The notes under the pieces are model-generated. The model saw only the letters and a program-made list of their open reading frames with translations. It was not told the DNA's origin and searched no databases. Shown here piece after piece: positions 1 to 8,115 of a stretch of 19,827 nt of DNA. The translations under genes were made by a program, and so were the position numbers. The stretch comes from Myxococcota bacterium. Lineage in GTDB: Bacteria; Myxococcota; XYA12-FULL-58-9; JALHOP01. The stretch is from assembly GCA_041288095.1 (NCBI GenBank), contig JBGGMJ010000070.1, positions 1 to 19,827 of the forward strand, written 5' to 3'. How positions within the stretch are numbered: position 1 is the stretch's first letter; each line of letters begins with the position of its first letter.

Positions 1-701
1 CCGGTATGCGAGATCATGAGGCCCGGCTTCTGGCTGGTGACGAAGGCAATGACATCGCCGGTCTGCAGCTCTTTCTCCGCCGCGGCGACGTGCTCCTTGG
101 GCACGATCCGGTATTCCGTCGACGTGAGCCGCCCTTCCGCCGCGCTGATGGCCTCGAGGATGTCGGCGTGCGCGAGCTGCGGGTAGCGCTTGTGATGCTT
201 CGACATGTAGTCGAAACGCTGGGTCCAGGCTTTGGTGTTGAGCTTGTCGCCCAAGAGCAACAAGCTCCCGCGCTTCGCGTTGTCGGTTAGCCAGTCGTTG
301 AAATAGTGCAGGCGCGATGCGAAGCCGGCGACCACGCCATCGCGATAGCGGAAGCCGCGGATCTCCTCGGCGACGCATTCGGCCGCGGGCGTCTCGTTCC
401 ACACGCAGCGGGCGACGGCCAAGCTGCTCTCTACGAACGACTGACACTGCAAGGTGGACAGCTCGATGTGCAGCTCTTCGGCGACGTCGAGCTGCGCTGG
501 ATCGAGATAAGGGGTGCCCATCCGCAGCTTGCCGGCGCGGACCGCGAGCTCACCCAAGGATTCCTTGGGCTTGCGCTTGCCGACGGCACGCAGCCAATCG
601 TCGACGATGGTGCGCTGATCGGGCGACCAAACGTAAGGCTCGGCCGCCGAGGCCGGGAGCGTAAGCGCCGCGATGAGCAGCAGGGGGACGACGAAGCGCA
701 C
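1..701 (-). CDS. DUF1460-family N-acetylmuramoyl-L-alanine amidase-like protein (NlpC/P60 superfamily), secreted; 3' end beyond window
   Basis: Manual translation from GTG 701, open to the left edge: signal peptide MRFVVPLLLIAALTLPASA-A, then GTPY, EELHIELSTLQCQSFVESSLAVAR, RYRDG...SRLHYFNDW, FDYMSKH...YP, LQTGDVIAF...GLMISHT(G). This matches the DUF1460 motif order with catalytic Cys and His. Absent from the ORF track because no stop lies in the window. Confidence 0.88.
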   Translation of the reverse strand, partial: MRFVVPLLLIAALTLPASAAEPYVWSPDQRTIVDDWLRAVGKRKPKESLGELAVRAGKLRMGTPYLDPAQLDVAEELHIELSTLQCQSFVESSLAVARCVWNETPAAECVAEEIRGFRYRDGVVAGFASRLHYFNDWLTDNAKRGSLLLLGDKLNTKAWTQRFDYMSKHHKRYPQLAHADILEAISAAEGRLTSTEYRIVPKEHVAAAEKELQTGDVIAFVTSQKPGLMISHT

Positions 702-767
702 CTAGACGGTGTGCGATATGCCAGCGGAACTTACAAGTTTGTAGCCACTCGGGTAAGGAGCGCCCCC

Positions 768-1142
768 ATGCGTTGGCCTCTCCCCTGCCTCTTGCTGCTC
801 GCCGGCTGCACGACCTTCGACGGCTCGGAGACGCACTTCATCGTCGAAGTGCGCGACGAGGCCCGCGCCCCGATCTTCGAGGCGGTCGTCATCCTGGACA
901 TGGACGAATACAGCGACGACGAGCTCTGCGAGCTGTCGCCCGAGGATGGCGTGCTCGACATCGAATGGGAATCCTGTGAGTTCGGTGCCTTCGATTGCGA
1001 CGACACGCCTTACGCGGTTCGCATCAGCAAAGAGGGCTATCACCCGGAGCTGCGCGTCATCGGCTTTTCACGCGACCGCGGCATCGACGTGACCTTGCGC
1101 GCTTGCGATGGGGACTGCCAAGCCCCGGAAACCTGCGACTGA
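768..1142 (+). CDS. Putative acidic, Cys-rich lipoprotein (124 aa)
   Basis: AAGGAG RBS before ATG 768; lipobox LLLLAG-C; stop overlaps the tsaD start (TGATG). YAVRISKEGY is reminiscent of carboxypeptidase-regulatory-like/PEGA beta-sandwich domains. Confidence 0.75.
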   Translation: MRWPLPCLLLLAGCTTFDGSETHFIVEVRDEARAPIFEAVVILDMDEYSDDELCELSPEDGVLDIEWESCEFGAFDCDDTPYAVRISKEGYHPELRVIGFSRDRGIDVTLRACDGDCQAPETCD

Positions 1143-2194
1143 TGCGCGTCCTCGGCATCGAGACGAGCTGCGACGAGACGGCGGCGGCCGTGGTCGAAGA
1201 CGGGCCCAAGCTCGTCACCAACGTCATCCACTCGCAGGTCTCGGCGCATGCCCGCTTTGGCGGAGTGGTACCCGAGGTCGCGTCGCGCGAGCACGTGGCG
1301 CGGCTTATCGACATCATCGAGCAGGCAGTGGCGCCGGTGGGCGGTATCCAAGCCATCGACGCGGTGGCGGTCACGCGGGGACCGGGCCTCGTCGGCGCAT
1401 TGTTGGTCGGCGTGCAGATGGCCAAGGGCATCGCCATAGCGCGCGGTATCCCGTGGTTGGGCATCAATCACCTCGAGGGCCACGTGGCGGCGGCGCTGCT
1501 CGCGGATCAGCCACCGACGTATCCGCATGTCGCGTTGGTGGTCAGCGGTGGCCACACCCATCTCTACGCGGTGCGCGCCTTCGGCGATTATGCGCTCCTC
1601 GGCGGCACCCGCGACGACGCGGCCGGTGAGGCGTTCGACAAGGTCGCGAAGCTCTTGGGCCTCGGTTATCCCGGCGGTGCTCTCCTCGAGCGCGCAGCCC
1701 TTGGTGGCGACCCCAACGCCATCGCCTTCCCGCGAGCGCTGCCGCAGCGTGCATCCCTCGAGTTTTCCTTCTCGGGCCTGAAGACCTCGGTCGCGACTTA
1801 CCTACGCGAGCACCCGAAGCTCGAAGGCCGCGAGCTGGCTGACTTGTGCGCCTCGGTGCAAGAAGCCATCGTCGATATCTTGTCCGCCAAAGCGGTACGC
1901 GCGGCGAAGCGCATCGGCGCGGGTGGCGTCGCGGTCGCGGGTGGCGTCGCCGCGAACGGCCGCTTGCGAGCACTCTTGCAGGAGCGCTGCGCCGATGCCG
2001 GTCTGTGGTGCTTCGTCCCGCCCAAGGTCCTGTGCACCGACAACGCCGCGATGATCGCCGCCGCCGGGTGGATGCGTCTGTCGCGGGGCGAGCACGACGA
2101 CTTCGCCACGTCGGTCACCTCGCGCTGGCCGCTGGGCAACGCCATCGACACGCGTGTCCGCATCAAGAACCGCAAACGCGAGCTTGCCCGATGA
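1142..2194 (+). CDS. tsaD: tRNA N6-adenosine threonylcarbamoyltransferase TsaD
   Basis: MRVLGIETSCDETAAA, GGVVPEVASREH, NHLEGH metal motif, VSGGHT, DDAAGEAFDKVA, FSFSGLKT, CTDNAAMI. Start reassigned to ATG 1142. Confidence 0.98.
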   Translation: MRVLGIETSCDETAAAVVEDGPKLVTNVIHSQVSAHARFGGVVPEVASREHVARLIDIIEQAVAPVGGIQAIDAVAVTRGPGLVGALLVGVQMAKGIAIARGIPWLGINHLEGHVAAALLADQPPTYPHVALVVSGGHTHLYAVRAFGDYALLGGTRDDAAGEAFDKVAKLLGLGYPGGALLERAALGGDPNAIAFPRALPQRASLEFSFSGLKTSVATYLREHPKLEGRELADLCASVQEAIVDILSAKAVRAAKRIGAGGVAVAGGVAANGRLRALLQERCADAGLWCFVPPKVLCTDNAAMIAAAGWMRLSRGEHDDFATSVTSRWPLGNAIDTRVRIKNRKRELAR

Positions 2195-3036
2195 CTTCAC
2201 CGACCGATGCCAAAACCCTGCTGGCGCGCGCCGGCCTCAAGGCAAAGAAGAGCTGGGGCCAAAACTTCTTGAAGGACGAGAGCGTCCTCACGCGCATCGC
2301 CGCCGCGACGAAGGTGGGGCCAGGCGAGTCCATCCTCGAGCTGGGTGCCGGCATGGGGGCGCTGACCCAGCAGCTTCTCGTGCGCGGCGCGAAGGTGACG
2401 GCGGTCGAGCGCGACCGGGAGATGGTTCCGATTCTGCGCGAGAACATGGAGGGCGTCGGTGACCTGACCATCCTCGAAGCCAACGCGGGCGAGCTCGACT
2501 ACGCGGACCTCGCGCGTCGGAACGGCGGCCCGCTCACGGTCGCCGGCAACCTCCCCTACCAGCTCTCGAGCCGCATCCTGGTGAACCTCGCCGACGCGCA
2601 ACCACATGTCGCTCGAGCGGTACTGATGGTCCAACGCGAGGTCGCCGAGCGCTTGGTCGCCTCACCAGGAAGCCGCACCTACGGTCTCCTTTCGGTGCTC
2701 GTGCAACGTGCCTTCGATGCGAACATCGCTTTCGAGGTGCCCCCCGGCGCCTTCCATCCGCCCCCCAAGGTCCACTCCGCCGTCGTCAGCCTCACCCTCA
2801 AGCGCGACCGGCTACCTCCCGACCTCGACGCCAAGCTAGTCGCGGTGACACGCGCCGGTTTCAGCGCACGTCGTAAGACGCTCAGGAATTCCATTGCCGG
2901 AGGCCTTGGCCTCTCGTCCGCCGAAGCGGACTCGCTGCTCGCCAAAGCCGGCATCGAGCCGACGCGACGCGCCGAGACCCTCGCGCTGGACGAGCTACGC
3001 CTCATCGCGGAAGTCTACGAGCCGCCGCGGAGCTAG
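2191..3036 (+). CDS. rsmA: 16S rRNA (adenine(1518)-N6/adenine(1519)-N6)-dimethyltransferase RsmA/KsgA
   Basis: KKSWGQNFL, ELGAGMGALT SAM motif, GNLPYQ, LMVQREVAERL, AFHPPPKVHSAVV, RRKTLRN, RRAETL; ATGA overlap with the tsaD stop. Confidence 0.97.
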   Translation: MTSPTDAKTLLARAGLKAKKSWGQNFLKDESVLTRIAAATKVGPGESILELGAGMGALTQQLLVRGAKVTAVERDREMVPILRENMEGVGDLTILEANAGELDYADLARRNGGPLTVAGNLPYQLSSRILVNLADAQPHVARAVLMVQREVAERLVASPGSRTYGLLSVLVQRAFDANIAFEVPPGAFHPPPKVHSAVVSLTLKRDRLPPDLDAKLVAVTRAGFSARRKTLRNSIAGGLGLSSAEADSLLAKAGIEPTRRAETLALDELRLIAEVYEPPRS

Positions 3037-3175
3037 CTGCGCTGTGAGAAGCGGTGCGCGGCAGCGCGACTGTCGAGAACTAGCTCCAGGCGGTGCCAAG
3101 CTGGCTCTCGGGCGAGGGCTACGGTTCGCGAACTCCGAGTGGCTCCACCGGCGATACAACGTCCGGAGGATTCAC

Positions 3176-3544
3176 ATGGAAATCAAAGGCATCGGCGTCG
3201 CTGCCGTCCCGGCGGCCCCCAACAGTGTCGGTCAGATCAACTTCAAGCTCACGGGGCATGCGTCCCGGCTAGTATCCGCCTATCTCGAAGGAAAGGTCGG
3301 GGACGTGACCGAGGTGCGGGACCCCAAAGTCCTCAAGGCCCTCGAAGGCGTGCCGGTCATCGGCAACACCAGCGCTGGCGCCGTCCACCTCGGCAGTAAC
3401 ACCACCGAGGTAAAGCTTGGCGTCGTGAAGATCCTCGACGGCCGGCTGTACTACCAGGGACCGACCCAGGGACGTACGCCGAATCCGAAGACACGGACCT
3501 TCGACTGCGGTTTCCTCCCAGCGTTCGCTTTGGCGGCGGGCTGA
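3176..3544 (+). CDS. Hypothetical protein (122 aa)
   Basis: Strong GGAGGA RBS 5 nt before ATG 3176; genome-like GC3 codon bias; fills the gap between rsmA and the convergent peptidase. No family recognised. Confidence 0.7.
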   Translation: MEIKGIGVAAVPAAPNSVGQINFKLTGHASRLVSAYLEGKVGDVTEVRDPKVLKALEGVPVIGNTSAGAVHLGSNTTEVKLGVVKILDGRLYYQGPTQGRTPNPKTRTFDCGFLPAFALAAG

Positions 3545-3571
3545 TCGTCGGCTCACTAACGCGGACGGCCG

Positions 3572-5104
3572 CTAACGGCCAGTGACCGGTCGGCGGCTTG
3601 GCGCGGTGGTGGCGCGAGCGTCGCGGCTACTGGCAACCTTCGTCTTCGGCTCCGGCTGCGTGAGCTTCAAGATCCAGCGCTCGAGCTCGTAGGTGTCGCT
3701 CATCTCGCCACGGAAGACGTGGCGCGGCACATAGGTCTGATTCGATCCGCGCTTGCGCCGGCGAAAGACCTCCGTCGGTAGCGTCAACGACGCGTGCTTC
3801 GACTCGAGCTTCTGCTTGCGCACTCCGGTGTAGAGCGTGTCGGCGTTGGTTGGCTGGCCGACGTGCATGACGTCGCCGAGCTCGAACAGGAGGTCCGCGA
3901 ACATGAGGCAGGCGCTCGTGCACCAGCTATCGGTCAACAGGACGACCTTGCCCTTCACCGGGCTATCGGTGAGGCGCGCCTTGGGTTTCGCGGTCGGGTA
4001 GATCGGGAAGGTCACCCACGGGCGCTTGGCATCGTAGGCGGCACGGAGCTCTTCTCCCAAGCTGCGATTCGAGCCCTCGAGCTTGGCGAAGGCGGCGCTC
4101 TCCTTCTTGGCTTCCGGAGTTCCGAGGAATGAGGCGTTGGCGGCGGAGACGCGGGCGTCGAGCACGGCGTCAGGGGCGCGGCGCTTCACGTAACTCTCAC
4201 CCCAGATGGCGTACGCGATAGCGGTGCCCCAAGGATGATAGCCGCCAGCGTTCGAGCGCACGTCGATGACCAGGACCTCGCTGGTGCGAATCGCCTTCAC
4301 GTTCTTTTCGATGTCGGCGATCAAGTCGTGGAACAGCGGATTGTCCGAAGAAGCGAGCAGCGTCGGCACGGTGATCCAGTAGCCGCGGTTGCCGAGCTTG
4401 CGCACGCCGAGGTTCGGGTTCCAGTCGAGGATGCCGCTCACGGCGTTGTCCGCCGCGACGCCCGAGACATCGCTCCACTGCAACACGTACGGTTGCTCGC
4501 CGAGCTCCGGCGTCTGGAAGATGCAGCGCGACGGCACGCTCACGAACGGATTGCCGTCGTCGACCAGCAGATACGGCGCCGCCATCCAGCGGTGCGCGTT
4601 GAGCTGCGTCACCGTGAAATACGGGTCGAGGTTCTCGCTCGCGAGCATCATGGCCGACTTGCCGTCGCATGACAGAAGCTTGCTGCCGATGGGAGGAACC
4701 TTCGATTCGAGATTGATGCGATTGGCGACGACGTATTCGCCACCCTTGTCGAGCTTCACCATGAACCCGGGAGTGCGCAGCTTGCCGACACCGCTGAGCT
4801 TCACCTGGAGGTGCACGTCCTTGAAGCCGTTGACGTAGTAGCGCATCACCGCGGCGTAGCCGGGACCGGTCTCCACCTGTGCCAGCTTCTGGCGGGCCTT
4901 GATGTAGCCCTCGTTGAGCCAGACACGGAAGCCGGGGTTCTCGGGGTCGATGGACCCGGGATGGCTGTCTTCGATGGCGACCTTCAGAGCCGCGAGGTCC
5001 CGCTCGGCCTTCTCGCGCCAGGACAGATCCGCCGACGAGGCGGCAACGGGCGCCGCGAGGGCACACGCCAAGGCCAAAAACCGCAGGCTTTGTAGCGTTT
5101 TCAC
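3572..5104 (-). CDS. Secreted S41-family peptidase
   Basis: GTG start with GAGGG RBS and a Sec signal peptide; FKDVHL, degenerate PDZ-like segment (PIGSKLLSCDG), LVIDVRSNAGG, VVLLTDSWCTSAC (nucleophile Ser), HVGQPT. Confidence 0.85.
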   Translation of the reverse strand: MKTLQSLRFLALACALAAPVAASSADLSWREKAERDLAALKVAIEDSHPGSIDPENPGFRVWLNEGYIKARQKLAQVETGPGYAAVMRYYVNGFKDVHLQVKLSGVGKLRTPGFMVKLDKGGEYVVANRINLESKVPPIGSKLLSCDGKSAMMLASENLDPYFTVTQLNAHRWMAAPYLLVDDGNPFVSVPSRCIFQTPELGEQPYVLQWSDVSGVAADNAVSGILDWNPNLGVRKLGNRGYWITVPTLLASSDNPLFHDLIADIEKNVKAIRTSEVLVIDVRSNAGGYHPWGTAIAYAIWGESYVKRRAPDAVLDARVSAANASFLGTPEAKKESAAFAKLEGSNRSLGEELRAAYDAKRPWVTFPIYPTAKPKARLTDSPVKGKVVLLTDSWCTSACLMFADLLFELGDVMHVGQPTNADTLYTGVRKQKLESKHASLTLPTEVFRRRKRGSNQTYVPRHVFRGEMSDTYELERWILKLTQPEPKTKVASSRDARATTAPSRRPVTGR

Positions 5105-5119
5105 TGGACCCTCACCGGC

Positions 5120-6676
<1,557 letters not shown>

Positions 6677-6685
6677 GGACGCCGG

Positions 6686-6715
6686 AACTTAGTCCGAAGG
6701 CGATGCGGGGAACAA
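6686..6715 (-). promoter_or_regulatory. Candidate sigma70-type promoter for rng (TTGTTC-N18-TAAGTT)
   Basis: TAnnnT hexamer ends 9 nt before the rng ATG and no SD is visible, suggesting a leaderless or very short-leader transcript. Confidence 0.35.
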
Positions 6716-6782
6716 CGCATCACCGGTGTCCTTCGTCGCTACATGCGGCGGCGTCATTCCGGCGTCTCGGCGCGAATGCCGC

Positions 6783-6799
6783 TTGGCGTGCTCTTTGCG
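6783..6799 (+). promoter_or_regulatory. Sigma54 -24/-12 promoter upstream of the SDR gene
   Basis: TTGGCGTGCTCTTTGCG: GG (6785-6786), N10, GC (6797-6798) with TTGC; about 40 nt before ATG 6839. Confidence 0.7.
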
Positions 6800-6838
6800 A
6801 CGCGGTCCGTGAACTCAGCTCAAGGGGAGAAACGGGTC

Positions 6839-7618
6839 ATGGAAAACGTGAATCGCTTTGCCGTCGTCACGGGGGCCTCGAGCGGCATTGGCTATGAGCT
6901 GGCCCGCGAGCTCGTCTCGCGAGGCTTCAACGTGCTCATCGTCGCCGAGGACGACGCCATCGACGCGGCGGCCCGGCAGCTCGGAGCGCTGGCCATGCCG
7001 GTGAAGTGCAACCTCGCCACCTCCGAGGGCGTCGAGAGGCTCTGGGGACACATCAAGGCCGTGGGACGGCCGATCGACGTCATGTGCATCAACGCGGGCG
7101 TCGGCGTCGGTGGCGCCTTCATCCAGACCAAGCTGGCCGAGGAGATCAACGTCATCAACTTGAACGTGACGGGGACGGTGCACCTCGCCAAGCGGGCCGC
7201 CGTCGATATGGTCGCGCACGGCAGCGGACGCATTCTCTTTACGTCTTCGATTGCGTCGCAGATGCCGGGACCGTTTTACGCGGTGTATGCGGCGTCGAAG
7301 GCCTTCGTGCAGTCGTTCGCCGAAGCGCTCCGCAACGAGCTCGCCGAGCACGACGTGGTCGTGACGTCGCTCATGCCGGGTGCGACGGACACCAAGTTCT
7401 TTGCTCGCGCCGACATGCTCGACACGCCCGCCGGCCAGGGCAAAAAAGATGACCCGGCCGAGGTGGCGCGCCAGGGCATCGAGGCCTTGCTTGACGGCAA
7501 GGACTCGATCGTAACCACGGGCATCAAGAACAAGGCCCAGGCCGTCGCGGCCAAGGTCATGTCCGACCCGGTGCGGGCGAAGTTGCACCGCAAGCAGGTC
7601 GAGCCTGGGCGTCGCTAG
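6839..7618 (+). CDS. Short-chain dehydrogenase/reductase (classical SDR)
   Basis: VVTGASSGIG Rossmann motif, INAG, FTSS, catalytic YAASK, MPGATDT; AAGGGGAG RBS before ATG 6839. Confidence 0.95.
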   Translation: MENVNRFAVVTGASSGIGYELARELVSRGFNVLIVAEDDAIDAAARQLGALAMPVKCNLATSEGVERLWGHIKAVGRPIDVMCINAGVGVGGAFIQTKLAEEINVINLNVTGTVHLAKRAAVDMVAHGSGRILFTSSIASQMPGPFYAVYAASKAFVQSFAEALRNELAEHDVVVTSLMPGATDTKFFARADMLDTPAGQGKKDDPAEVARQGIEALLDGKDSIVTTGIKNKAQAVAAKVMSDPVRAKLHRKQVEPGRR

Positions 7619-8034
7619 TCTTTTCGTGCGAGGGCGGCGGCAACCAAGAAGCCGAGGGTCATCACCGGAACGCCGATGACGGTCTTGAAGACGGTCATCA
7701 CCGGGCCGTTGTTCGGCGGCGGCTCGTTGGGGGTGGTGCGCACGTCCTCGAACAACGCGACCTGGGCGAGCTTGTACGCGGTATAGACGCGGCCGATGAC
7801 CGGGATCTCGGCGAGCTTCTCATTGAAGGGGTAATCGGCGGGGGCCGCTTTGGCGGCGGCGGGCGCTGCCTTGGCGACGGCCACGCTGTCGCCCGGTGTG
7901 GGCGGCTGGCTCTGCAAAGTAGCCGGCGGCGGCGTGCTGGTTGCGGGGGCGCCGCCCGGGAGGGCTACGTCGACTGATGGGGCTGGGGCTGCGGCACGGG
8001 TCGGTTGAACTTCCGGAAGCATGAGAAGATCCAT
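7615..8034 (-). CDS. Hypothetical Pro/Ala-rich protein with C-terminal hydrophobic segment
   Basis: 139-aa ORF filling the gap between the SDR and the TonB receptor; GC3-biased C-terminal half; stop shares a CTAG with the convergent SDR stop. Start could be 8034 or 8022. Confidence 0.6.
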   Translation of the reverse strand: MDLLMLPEVQPTRAAAPAPSVDVALPGGAPATSTPPPATLQSQPPTPGDSVAVAKAAPAAAKAAPADYPFNEKLAEIPVIGRVYTAYKLAQVALFEDVRTTPNEPPPNNGPVMTVFKTVIGVPVMTLGFLVAAALARKD

Positions 8035-8115
8035 TTCGGCAATGAGTGTCCCAAAGCATCGGATCAGGACCCTGGGACGTTGCCTGCCAAGCCGTCACGG
8101 ACAGTACGCCCGGCG

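Noticed and set aside
306..767. N-terminal extension of the 278-aa plus-strand ORF, and ORF 6..290
   Set aside because: These are antisense shadows of the DUF1460 gene; the real lipoprotein starts at ATG 768 behind an RBS.
1142..3036. tsaD-rsmA adjacency as a novel pairing
   Set aside because: As far as I recall this linkage is common in deltaproteobacterial lineages; both are ordinary housekeeping genes.
3124..3133. Perfect palindrome GTTCGCGAAC
   Set aside because: 10-bp GC-rich palindromes are expected repeatedly in 20 kb; no supporting context.
3148..3157. Sigma28-like -10 (GGCGATAC) before the orphan at 3176, and GCCGAAAT near 8034
   Set aside because: No TAAA -35 at the proper spacing; such short GC-rich matches are common by chance.
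3545..3600. Short hairpin GGCCG-CTAA-CGGCC between convergent genes as an intrinsic terminator
   Set aside because: Only a 5-bp stem overlapping the peptidase stop, with no U-tract on either strand.
8074..8090. TTGGCAGGCAACGTCCC as a third sigma54 promoter (shares TTGGCAGG with the kinase promoter)
   Set aside because: The -12 position reads CC instead of the conserved GC.
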